Assembly (NCBI GenBank): GCA_963701185.1
Contig: OY969569.1
Coordinates: forward strand, 859,548 to 923,547
From: Candidatus Gottesmanbacteria bacterium
GTDB lineage: Bacteria > Patescibacteriota > Microgenomatia > UBA10105 > UBA927
Direction: 5' to 3'
DNA: 64,000 bases
Part shown: positions 1-7,697 of the stretch, in pieces
How positions within the stretch are numbered: the first letter of the stretch is position 1
Layout: the number at the start of each line of letters is the position of its first letter
Program-made: the position numbers and the translations under genes
Notes under the pieces: generated by a model
The model's input: only the letters and a program-made list of their open reading frames with translations
The model's database searches: none
What the model was told of the DNA's origin: nothing

Positions 1-1
1 T

Positions 2-175
2 ATACTTCCGTACACAAAAAGTATAACGCTCTCGTTAACCGGTTTTACGTACAATCTTGACCGGAAAATTCTTACCAAGGGGTCATCTCTTGGCGTGAGC
101 AATGAACTTGTCGGTAAACAGGGGGTCATTCAGTTGTTTTCCGGAAAAGCCTGGGTGATCGAAAGTAATGACTGA
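2..175 (+). CDS. thiN: thiamine pyrophosphokinase, C-terminal part (5'-truncated by window)
   Basis: Frame 2 reads ILPYTKSITLSLTGFTYNL...SSLGVSNELVGKQGVIQLFSGKAWVIESND*; G-F-x-Y-x-L and SLGVSNE match the TPK thiamine-binding domain. Confidence 0.75.
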   Translation: MLPYTKSITLSLTGFTYNLDRKILTKGSSLGVSNELVGKQGVIQLFSGKAWVIESND

Positions 176-197
176 TTTGGGGTATAATATGCACTAC

Positions 198-285
198 GGA
201 GAGTGGGCAGAACGGTAATGCACGAGTTCGCTAAACTCGCGGGATGAATAGTCTCGAGTGGGTTCGACTCCCACACTCTCCGCCA
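198..285 (+). tRNA. tRNA-Ser(GCT)
   Basis: Acceptor GGAGAGT/ACTCTCC, anticodon stem CGAGT/ACTCG with loop TCGCTAA, long variable arm, T-loop TTCGACT, encoded CCA; TATAAT at 183-188. Confidence 0.9.
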
Positions 286-286
286 G

Positions 287-373
287 GGAGAGGTCGCATA
301 GTGGTTTAGTGCGTTAGTCTTGAAAACTAATGTCGGCGCAAGCTGACCGTGGGTTCGAATCCCACCCTCTCCG
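287..373 (+). tRNA. tRNA-Ser(TGA); integration target
   Basis: GGAGAGG/CCTCTCC acceptor, TTAGT-CTTGAAA-ACTAA anticodon arm, long variable arm, GGGTTCGAATCCC T-arm. Confidence 0.95.
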
Positions 374-552
374 CATAAGGTCTTCGGTTGCTCCAAGACC
401 CATCTACTATACTCGATTAGCCCTATGTGGCTTGCTAAAAAGGCGATGGAAAACACAAGTATCCCAAACATAGCCTGTAATGCACAAAATCGCTGGAAAG
501 CCCCTCAAGGTATTTGCGCCCGGTTCTAAGCTTTCATTGATATAATGTTGTT

Positions 553-1551
553 ATGAAGAAAACATTAAAAGTCTGGATAGAAAAACAAGGATTTAGTATC
601 GATAAAGATATTGCTTTTACTATAGATAAAAGCACGAATGGAACCATTAAAAATACTGATAATCCCTACAAAACCATAGAATTTCTCCTTGAAAAAGAGA
701 TTTCGGTAAAAGAGTACCAAAGTGGATTTATAGGCAAATACAAAAATGAGCTCGCCTCATACTTGTTACGTTTCTTACAGTCATATGGGATTAAAAACGG
801 ATTGACCATCGTAATTGACCCCTCAGAGGTTCAGTCAAATGAGACCGAGTTATATGAAATATTTCGTTCTTACTGTACTGATAATCACTTAGATCCTTTA
901 TTAAAACCCACAGGCGGAAGTGTTGAATTTGTTTACGAAGAACTTCACTCAACCGATGTTGTCGATTTAGCTAAGCAGAATTTTACTTCTGACCCATATT
1001 TAATTTCAGCGATTGATTGGTATAACACTGGATTAATACAAACTCATTCTACAAATAAATTTCTTCATTTTTTTATTCCACTAGAAATTCTTGCAGGAAG
1101 ATTTATTACTGAAGTTAAAACGAATTGGAAAAAAGAAAATCCAGAGGCCTATAAGGGTATTAAATATTTCCTCGAAAAAGCGTTAGAAAGCAAAGATGAA
1201 GACATGCTCCAACGCTTGATGAACGATCTTTCAAGATTTTCTTTCCCGAAGCAACTAGAGCGATACTTTAATTTTTTGTTTTCAGAACAAGAGCTCGTCA
1301 ACTTTTGGGAAGATGATAGCGATATTACATTTAATGGTAAGCACCAATGGAAAACATATCGACTAATGAGTAAGCAAACTACAACTAAAGACAAAGTGCA
1401 TGTACTATCTATTATGAAAAAAATGTATCTAATCAGAAATAATATAGTTCATAAAGGATTGCAAAATGTTTCTTTCGAGGAAATTGTAGTTTTGGAAAAT
1501 ATTCTAAGGCGAGTTATCAAAAAACAATCTGAAAAACTAGCTAAGCATTAG
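553..1551 (+). CDS. HEPN-domain protein (ApeA/MauJ-like), candidate defence/toxin RNase
   Basis: AIDWYN...KFLHFFIPLEIL helix plus C-terminal RNNIVH (RxxxxH) motif; island cargo. Confidence 0.65.
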   Translation: MKKTLKVWIEKQGFSIDKDIAFTIDKSTNGTIKNTDNPYKTIEFLLEKEISVKEYQSGFIGKYKNELASYLLRFLQSYGIKNGLTIVIDPSEVQSNETELYEIFRSYCTDNHLDPLLKPTGGSVEFVYEELHSTDVVDLAKQNFTSDPYLISAIDWYNTGLIQTHSTNKFLHFFIPLEILAGRFITEVKTNWKKENPEAYKGIKYFLEKALESKDEDMLQRLMNDLSRFSFPKQLERYFNFLFSEQELVNFWEDDSDITFNGKHQWKTYRLMSKQTTTKDKVHVLSIMKKMYLIRNNIVHKGLQNVSFEEIVVLENILRRVIKKQSEKLAKH

Positions 1552-2850
1552 CTCCCTGTTCATTAGTTTAAATTTTGAAGTAACACCTTTGAGGATTTTG
1601 AGTCTTTCCTCTGGAGTTCCAAATTGTAGAACGTGGAGTAAATATTCTTTGAGCATTTCAGTGTGAGTTTCACTATATTCTCTCGGACTCTGGTCACCTG
1701 TATTGTGAGGAGTAATTTCAACTTGTGGTATATAGTCACTAATCACGCTTGCTTTAAAATGTTGCAGTCGTTTTACTTCCACTTCAAATTCTTGCATTAG
1801 GTACGAAGTGTTAAGTTTGATTCTTGGTAGATAACCAATTAATTGTTTGATCAATTCTTGCTCTGTAATATAGGGCTCGGGGCAGTCATATTTTTTGATG
1901 CGATTGCAATGATAATAGATATGCGAGTTCACGATATTAGCTTTTGTTCTTCGATACTTTAGTTCAGCGGTGACGCTTCCTCCGCATAATCCGCAAGTAC
2001 AAATTTTCTTGAACGGAAACAGCTGTTTATTCCACTGTCTCGGAGCCACTTGCAGTTGAATCTGTACTTTTTCAAAGAGTGCTTTTGTAATCAATGGTTC
2101 GTAAGTTCCCTTGTACCATATGCCTCCGTATTGGAATTCACCGTAATAAAAAGTATTTTGTAATGCAACGTAGATTTTACTCAGTGGCATTTTACACCCA
2201 CTCTTTGTGGTGAATCCTATGTCATCTAACCACTTTTTAACCATGCGTCCTGAAAATCCTTGATCAGCAACTTTATGAAAAATTTGTTTAATAACAGGTG
2301 CTCGTTCAGGATCAAATTCCACTGTTGAAATACGATTTACTTTTAAGACGTTTCTATACCCAATTGGTGCAACTCCTGGTCTAATTCCAATCTGGCATTT
2401 GTTTCGTAACCCACGTTTAACATTGACACCTCGATTATCATTTTCTAATTTTGCTTGAGAGCAGAGAATCATAAGCAGGAATTTTTCATTTGGATTATCT
2501 GTAAAGGACTGCGAATATGTTTTGATGTGGGTCAGTTTTCCTTGATCCATTAAATCCACGATTCTTCCCAAGTCTCCCGCATTTCGAGATAACCGATCAG
2601 GTGCCCATGTCAAAATACTGTTGTATTTTCCTTCAATTACTCCATGGAGAAGATTATTAAACTCTGGTCGTTGTCCTGACTCTTTGGCTGAATGGCTTTC
2701 TGTAATTGTTTCTGTAATATCGAGCTTTTCTCGCTTTGCAAGAATTTGCATTTCTTTAAGCTGACCATCAATTGACATTGCCTGTCGCTCATCCGATTCG
2801 CTTGATTTGCGGGCATATAAGCAATACTTTAGCCTGGTGGTATCTTTCAT
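1537..2850 (-). CDS. large serine recombinase (resolvase + recombinase + Zn-ribbon)
   Basis: YARKS catalytic Ser motif, DRLSRN, GVAPIGY, YEPLIT, CTCGLCG and YYHC; ATG at 2850 preferred over TTG at 2859. Confidence 0.95.
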   Translation of the reverse strand: MKDTTRLKYCLYARKSSESDERQAMSIDGQLKEMQILAKREKLDITETITESHSAKESGQRPEFNNLLHGVIEGKYNSILTWAPDRLSRNAGDLGRIVDLMDQGKLTHIKTYSQSFTDNPNEKFLLMILCSQAKLENDNRGVNVKRGLRNKCQIGIRPGVAPIGYRNVLKVNRISTVEFDPERAPVIKQIFHKVADQGFSGRMVKKWLDDIGFTTKSGCKMPLSKIYVALQNTFYYGEFQYGGIWYKGTYEPLITKALFEKVQIQLQVAPRQWNKQLFPFKKICTCGLCGGSVTAELKYRRTKANIVNSHIYYHCNRIKKYDCPEPYITEQELIKQLIGYLPRIKLNTSYLMQEFEVEVKRLQHFKASVISDYIPQVEITPHNTGDQSPREYSETHTEMLKEYLLHVLQFGTPEERLKILKGVTSKFKLMNRELMLS

Positions 2851-2952
2851 CAGGTACAATGTACCGCAAAGGTTTGGGAAGTCCAGTCCTGAAAAATTCT
2901 TTCTTTAAGGCTGAAAATTAGCTATAATAGAAGAGTAAATTGGATTTTCCAT

Positions 2953-3750
2953 ATGTTTAAAAACCGAAAGAACTTACCCATCGCGCCTTTGTTATTAGTA
3001 GCAATTTTTATTATTTTTGGCGTTTATTACTACGCAAAAAATGGCCAGGTCTGGTTTGAGGGAAATGATAACAAAAGTTTACCTATTACGACTGATGGAT
3101 CACAAAAAACGATAGGTTGTGTCCGAACAACAAGACTTGAAAATGCACCACAGTACGATAGGGCATTAAGTCTTATCCGACAAAGGGTAGATGAAAATAA
3201 TAAATGGTGGAATAAGTATGGAGAAAAAGAAGATGGGAGATTTAAATATTTCCCTCCAGAACTTGTTAACTGTATAAAGATATCCGAAGAAGATATAAAA
3301 GACGCACCAGAGGTAGAGGGCTATTTTATATTCAATAGTGAAGACATAAAAACGGATTATTACCCCATTACCGTAAGTTCTGATTATCGTTATGCAGACG
3401 ATATCGTAACTGCAATTCTTTTATCGCATGAGATGACACATGTTCAACAATATATAAAGTCTGTCAATGAAAAGGATAGTCTATCTTGTATTGATAAAGA
3501 AATTGAGGCCTTCAGAGCTCAATTAGATTTTTATGTTCTTTTAAACAATGAAGAAAATAGTTCTGTCTATCACAGAATTCAAAGCGATAAGAATTTGCAT
3601 CCTGAGCTCCAGATGCTAGATGCAATGATGACAATAAATCGTGATTCAAATTGTAAGTTTGATAAGAGTTGCACGGATGCAAATTTACTGAGTAAACTTC
3701 GAGCAATGCTTATTGATGATAGTTATTATAAAAAGCAATGCAAATTGTAG
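2953..3750 (+). CDS. membrane-anchored HExxH zincin-like metallopeptidase
   Basis: N-terminal TM helix; LSHEMTH and downstream EIEAF; several Cys. Confidence 0.55.
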   Translation: MFKNRKNLPIAPLLLVAIFIIFGVYYYAKNGQVWFEGNDNKSLPITTDGSQKTIGCVRTTRLENAPQYDRALSLIRQRVDENNKWWNKYGEKEDGRFKYFPPELVNCIKISEEDIKDAPEVEGYFIFNSEDIKTDYYPITVSSDYRYADDIVTAILLSHEMTHVQQYIKSVNEKDSLSCIDKEIEAFRAQLDFYVLLNNEENSSVYHRIQSDKNLHPELQMLDAMMTINRDSNCKFDKSCTDANLLSKLRAMLIDDSYYKKQCKL

Positions 3751-4256
3751 GTAAATACGTAAACTTAATAGCAGTCGACCATGCCTCTCAATGGAATGAA
3801 ACATTATCTAAAAAAAGCGAGCTCCGAGGTTATTTAAACAAAATAATTGAAAGTTGCTCCGTTGATTTAATTGGAGAGGAGTTTTCAATTGAAGCGTTGC
3901 AAGGATTGCCTAATAGCACCGAAGCAACTATTCCCCAAAAAGTCGCAAAGGAATTCCACATAAGACATGAATTCTGTGATCCTGATGAGAAAACACGAGA
4001 AAGAATTGGTTATCCTTCACAAAAACAATTACGAGTTAAGTTTGGTTTAAAATCAGCAATTGAAGGAACCAAAGAGCATAGTAGAAGGAAAGAGTATGAG
4101 AAATGTTTCTGGCCTATACGAGAGAAGTATTGGTTAGCTCAAATTCACAACATTATAGCTAAAAACATTATATTTATCTGCGGTTCTAGCCATTTAGAAA
4201 GCTTCAAATCTATTTTGACTGAAAATAGATATAGGGTTACAACAACAAAAATATGA
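3738..4256 (+). CDS. hypothetical protein (possible TraB/ChaN-like fold)
   Basis: VDLIGEE...IREKYW...IFICGSSH motif pattern; operonic with neighbours. Confidence 0.45.
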   Translation: MQIVGKYVNLIAVDHASQWNETLSKKSELRGYLNKIIESCSVDLIGEEFSIEALQGLPNSTEATIPQKVAKEFHIRHEFCDPDEKTRERIGYPSQKQLRVKFGLKSAIEGTKEHSRRKEYEKCFWPIREKYWLAQIHNIIAKNIIFICGSSHLESFKSILTENRYRVTTTKI

Positions 4257-4711
4257 ACGATCCTATCCAAATAATTTTTTCTGCTTTGACTCTACTTGGT
4301 ATTGGAGGTATTGTTGGTGCTTATGTGTCTTCCTTGCTTGATAAAAAGAAAGAGTTGGAATTTAAACTACTAGAGCAAAAGGAAAGAAGATATAAATCTT
4401 GCCTTTTATATATGGATGCCTTTTTTGAACCTAAAAATATAAAATACCTCTCAAGCAGACAACCAGATATTGATAATTCGCATGATGTAATCGAATATTT
4501 AAAAATGGAATATCACGAGATGATGCTCTATGCCTCGAAAGCAGTGATACTTTCAGTTAAAGTGTTTATAGAAAAACCAACAAGAGAGAATTTTTTAAGG
4601 ACGATTCTTTGTATGCGACAAGATTTATGGGTCAACAAGAGAGATTTAAACCTAAGAGAGATCAAAATTGAGTTTCAAGCCCCAAAAGGCGGAAGAACCT
4701 CTAAAAAATGA
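4253..4711 (+). CDS. hypothetical protein with N-terminal TM helix
   Basis: ATGA overlap with upstream gene; hydrophobic N-terminus. Confidence 0.65.
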   Translation: MNDPIQIIFSALTLLGIGGIVGAYVSSLLDKKKELEFKLLEQKERRYKSCLLYMDAFFEPKNIKYLSSRQPDIDNSHDVIEYLKMEYHEMMLYASKAVILSVKVFIEKPTRENFLRTILCMRQDLWVNKRDLNLREIKIEFQAPKGGRTSKK

Positions 4712-4765
4712 GACACCCTTTTTATAGTGTCTCATTTGTCTCATTTAGCCTCACCAATGAGACAC
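4706..4765. repeat. four ATGAGACA/TGTCTCAT motifs (hairpin plus tandem copies)
   Basis: AAATGAGACAC 4706-4716, GTGTCTCATTT 4727-4737, TGTCTCATTT 4737-4746, AATGAGACAC 4756-4765. Confidence 0.8.
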
Positions 4766-5014
4766 TTAAATTGCAGTTATAAGGATGAAATATCCCGAAT
4801 TTGGTACAATACTAGTTATGGAGCTTATGGGATGCTTGGGGTTCCAGACCTACCCTCTCCGCCATTACATACAAAATAATAAACGGGGTATTCCGGCAAT
4901 CCGGAGCGGCAGAAAAGCACGTTCTAACTGAAAAATGCATTTAGCCTGACAGGGGGCGGGATTTGAACCTAACGGTGTAATCAGTTTACGAATTTAAATG
5001 TTGCACGGGTAATT

Positions 5015-5524
5015 ATGAACAACTTTCGTTTTAGCCCAATAAAAAATAAAGCGCAAATGATGCAAGCGCTGGAATATATTCATCTTTCTTGCCATCAACT
5101 GTGCAAACAATCGATGGGGAAATATTTACCGGTTGCTGGGAATATAGGTATATTTTGTCACCAAGATGATGAATTTGATTTCCTTAAACAGCTGCAGTCA
5201 GATTTAACGGATTTAACCAAGTACGTTTATGGAAAATATTATTTGCTCCATACTCCCATAGTTATTCCACAAAAAGACGGTATTCCGGAGGCGATTTATA
5301 AATATCTTTATATTCGGAAACCAGATACAAATAAACCACAAGTTGGAGATTTGGATTTCTATATGGCATCGGAGAAATACGCAGCCTTAAAACAGTCATT
5401 GCAGGAAGGAAAAGTAATAAACGGTGCTAGAATACTCCCAAATCGTCCCGATCTGGATTTAATTGAACTATCCAATCCGAATATAGATGCGGTTGGCTTT
5501 ATAGGAGATAAGTTTTGGAAGTAA
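5015..5524 (+). CDS. hypothetical protein (possibly VOC/glyoxalase-like)
   Basis: 169-aa ORF, LYIRKPD...QVGDLDF; fold guess is weak. Confidence 0.6.
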   Translation: MNNFRFSPIKNKAQMMQALEYIHLSCHQLCKQSMGKYLPVAGNIGIFCHQDDEFDFLKQLQSDLTDLTKYVYGKYYLLHTPIVIPQKDGIPEAIYKYLYIRKPDTNKPQVGDLDFYMASEKYAALKQSLQEGKVINGARILPNRPDLDLIELSNPNIDAVGFIGDKFWK

Positions 5525-5610
5525 AATAGTTTTGAGCTTCCTCTACCGCTCGGAGTCAGTAGGTTTAGCTACTTATAGGTGTTTATTGGAGAGTTAATCG
5601 ACTATAATTT

Positions 5611-5674
5611 AATTGTTCCGTGGGCAGGCTCGCAGTTCTAAAATAGGTTATAACTTTGTAAATGGTTCTCCGCC
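5611..5674. repeat. cassette end module / att-like repeat, copy 1
   Basis: 36-nt block TAAAATAGGTTATAACTTTGTAAATGGTTCTCCGCC (5639-5674) identical to 6586-6621; ends in tRNA-Ser 3' core. Confidence 0.9.
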
Positions 5675-5789
5675 TTCGCCTCGCTGAAGTTCCGCCAAAG
5701 GCGGAACGAAAGCGGGCTTCGCCCGTTTCAGCTCGGCTTCGGCGAGACGCTGTCCGCCATTGTTTCGCCATAGCTTTAGCGACGGCGAA
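5675..5789. repeat. cluster of nested REP-like palindromes upstream of GIY-YIG gene
   Basis: GTTCCGCC-AAA-GGCGGAAC 5689-5707; CGGGC-TTC-GCCCG; TTCGCC-ATAGCTTTAGCGAC-GGCGAA 5764-5789. Confidence 0.8.
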
Positions 5790-5796
5790 TAAATCT

Positions 5797-6039
5797 ATGT
5801 TTTATGTCTACATTTTAAAATGTTCAGATAACCGTACGTATATAGGCTGCACCGATGACTTAAAAGATCGAGTTGACCGTCATCAAAAAGGTAATGTTGC
5901 CGCCACTAAAGATCGATTACCGATAAAACTCATTTCCTACTTTGCTTTCTCCAACAAATATACGGCGTTTAATTTCGAAAAATATCTGAAATCAGGATCT
6001 GGGAGAGCGTTTTTGAGGAAACATGATATTATTGGTTAA
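5797..6039 (+). CDS. small GIY-YIG nuclease (UPF0213-like)
   Basis: MFYVYILKC...TYIGCTDDLKDRVDRH...FEKYLKSGSGR; ATG at 5797 is the plausible start. Confidence 0.9.
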   Translation: MFYVYILKCSDNRTYIGCTDDLKDRVDRHQKGNVAATKDRLPIKLISYFAFSNKYTAFNFEKYLKSGSGRAFLRKHDIIG

Positions 6040-6044
6040 TTAAT

Positions 6045-6554
6045 ATGTTTTCTTCAGATCAAATCCGACAGTATTTGCAAATTACCATCGATGAAGCAGA
6101 GATAGCCTTAGAAGAAGGTAATTATCCAATTGGTTCTGCAATAGTCGATGTAGAAGGGAAAATATTGTCGACAGATAGAAACAAAAGTTTTACTAATGAG
6201 GATGTTTCCGCACATGCGGAAATCTTAGGAATTAGAAAGCTTGGCAATAAAGTAAATAAGGATACGCCTGGAGAATATTTTTTATTTTCCTCCCTTGAGC
6301 CATGTTTTGGATGCAGTTTCTTTATAGCTAGAACCAATATTAAACATATAACTTCTGCTTTAAAAGATCCCCATAAAGGCGGAATGAGTGATTTGCATAA
6401 ACTGGATCAGTTTAATTATTTTTTCAAACACATCGAAATTATTAATGAGCCTTTCGAGGATTTAAAGGAACAGTCTCGACGATTGATGGTAGAGTATTTT
6501 TTGAAATTAGGACGAAAAGATGCAGCAAAATTTTACGGGTATACAGGAGAATAA
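6045..6554 (+). CDS. nucleoside/cytidine deaminase family protein
   Basis: HAEI and EPCFGC zinc motifs; PIGSAIV. Confidence 0.85.
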   Translation: MFSSDQIRQYLQITIDEAEIALEEGNYPIGSAIVDVEGKILSTDRNKSFTNEDVSAHAEILGIRKLGNKVNKDTPGEYFLFSSLEPCFGCSFFIARTNIKHITSALKDPHKGGMSDLHKLDQFNYFFKHIEIINEPFEDLKEQSRRLMVEYFLKLGRKDAAKFYGYTGE

Positions 6555-6558
6555 TTCA

Positions 6559-6622
6559 ATTGTTCCGTAGGTAGCATAGTGGTTTTAAAATAGGTTATAA
6601 CTTTGTAAATGGTTCTCCGCCC
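6559..6622. repeat. cassette end module / att-like repeat, copy 2 (outermost attR)
   Basis: Matches 5611-5674; ends TCTCCGCCC like the undisturbed tRNA-Ser genes at 7609 and 11135. Confidence 0.9.
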
Positions 6623-6644
6623 GAGAATTTGATACGATCACTAC

Positions 6645-6965
6645 ATGAACACATCCTCACATCTTCATGGTTCGCTTGACGAACACATACATTATCAGGA
6701 AGGATCCGTCGTCAGTAAAGAGATTTTTAAAAATCAATCAGGCACAGTGACGCTCTTTGCGTTTGATCAGGGGCAGGGTTTAAGTGAACATAAGACGCCT
6801 TACGAAGCATTGGTTTACATTGTTGACGGGGAAGCCCAAATAACACTATCCGGAAAAGTGAATGAAGTAAAAGCAGGAGAAATCATTCAGATGCCGGTCG
6901 GCCAACCCCATGCCCTTCAAGCAAAGAAACGGTTCAAGATGTTGTTAATTATGATGAAAGCGTAA
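6645..6965 (+). CDS. cupin domain protein
   Basis: LFAFDQGQGLSEHKTP...G...MPVGQPHAL cupin motifs. Confidence 0.85.
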   Translation: MNTSSHLHGSLDEHIHYQEGSVVSKEIFKNQSGTVTLFAFDQGQGLSEHKTPYEALVYIVDGEAQITLSGKVNEVKAGEIIQMPVGQPHALQAKKRFKMLLIMMKA

Positions 6966-6984
6966 TTTGATATATACTGAATTC

Positions 6985-7503
6985 ATGGTCGATACTGCCG
7001 ACGACACACAGGAAAAAGTCAAACAAGAGGTACTTCTGTCCTGGGCTTCTCCATCCCGTTTGTTCAAACGACGGGACAAAGAGTATTTCACCAATATCGG
7101 GGCGATTGTGTTTCTTCTTATCATTATTTTGGTATTTGCCCGGGAGTTTCTCCTTATTGCGGCCGTCGTATCCATCGTATTTCTGATTTACGTCCTTTCC
7201 ACCGTGCCGCCGGAGGAAGTGAGCCACCGGATTACGAATCTTGGGATCGAAAGTGCCGGGCACTATTACCGGTGGGAAGAGCTCTCCGAATTTTGGTATG
7301 AGGAGCAGTGGGGTCAGGCACTTTTGGTTCTGCGGCCGATCCTGGGAACCCGGATTATTATCCTTTTGGGAGCCCAGGATAAGGCACTCGTCCGCAAGCT
7401 TATCGCAGAATATATCCCGTACCGGGAAAATCCGGAGAAAAGCTGGGTAGATAACGCATCCTCCTGGTTGTCGAAGAAAATTCCCCTGGAGAAGCCTTCA
7501 TAG
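6985..7503 (+). CDS. membrane protein (DUF5673/PH-like, CPR-type)
   Basis: LLSWASPSR, two TM helices, ITNLGI...YRWEELSEFW. Confidence 0.7.
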   Translation: MVDTADDTQEKVKQEVLLSWASPSRLFKRRDKEYFTNIGAIVFLLIIILVFAREFLLIAAVVSIVFLIYVLSTVPPEEVSHRITNLGIESAGHYYRWEELSEFWYEEQWGQALLVLRPILGTRIIILLGAQDKALVRKLIAEYIPYRENPEKSWVDNASSWLSKKIPLEKPS

Positions 7504-7530
7504 CCGTTTTGCGGTATAATAAGCCCTATT

Positions 7531-7605
7531 GTTCCTGTAGTTCAATGGATAGAATACGTCCCTGCGAAGGATGTGATTGCAGTTCGACTCTGCACAGGAA
7601 CGCCA
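7531..7605 (+). tRNA. tRNA-Arg(GCG)
   Basis: GTTCCTG/CAGGAAC acceptor, CGTCC-CTGCGAA-GGATG anticodon arm, CCA encoded. Confidence 0.92.
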
Positions 7606-7608
7606 TTT

Positions 7609-7694
7609 GGAGAGGTGCAGGGAATGGTTATCCGGACAGTCTCGAAAACTGTTACCCCGCAAGGGGTTTGTGGGTTCGACTCCCACCCTCTCCG
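7609..7694 (+). tRNA. tRNA-Ser(CGA)
   Basis: ACAGT-CTCGAAA-ACTGT, variable arm CCCCGCAAGGGG, T-arm GGGTTCGACTCCC. Confidence 0.92.
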
Positions 7695-7697
7695 CCC

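Larger units (their letters stand above)
364..4864. mobile_element. serine-recombinase genomic island integrated in 3' end of tRNA-Ser(TGA)
   Basis: 11-bp direct repeat ACCCTCTCCGC at 364-374 and 4852-4862 (second copy continues to CCA); AT-rich interior; large serine recombinase inside; rejoined attP forms an imperfect inverted repeat. Confidence 0.85.
4865..5674. mobile_element. integrase-less cassette A of tandem array
   Basis: Bounded by tRNA-3'-end core TCTCCGCC at both ends; carries one ORF and the conserved end module. Confidence 0.65.
5675..6622. mobile_element. integrase-less cassette B of tandem array (GIY-YIG + deaminase)
   Basis: Lies between the two end-module copies; higher-GC backbone resumes after 6622. 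Confidence 0.65.

Noticed and set aside
130-471. 113-aa minus-strand ORF
   Set aside because: Antisense translation of two tRNA-Ser genes (WRRVWESNP, GEGGIRTH are tRNA shadows)
4945-4972. Minus-strand T-arm-like fragment AGGTTCAAATCCCGCCCCC
   Set aside because: No acceptor, D or anticodon arms; too short to call a tRNA or att site
5662-5796. N-terminal extension of the GIY-YIG ORF
   Set aside because: Read-through of the att core and palindromes; the domain starts at ATG 5797
6045-6554. Calling the deaminase tadA
   Set aside because: Located in a mobile cassette, motifs diverge (PCFGC), and tRNA-Arg(GCG) needs no inosine
5639-6621. Two identical 36-nt repeats as a CRISPR array
   Set aside because: Only two copies 947 bp apart with genes between and no cas genes; better explained as att modules
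7498-7697. ORFs overlapping tRNA-Arg/tRNA-Ser (7498-7686 minus; 5' part of 7509-8111)
   Set aside because: Overlap real tRNA genes
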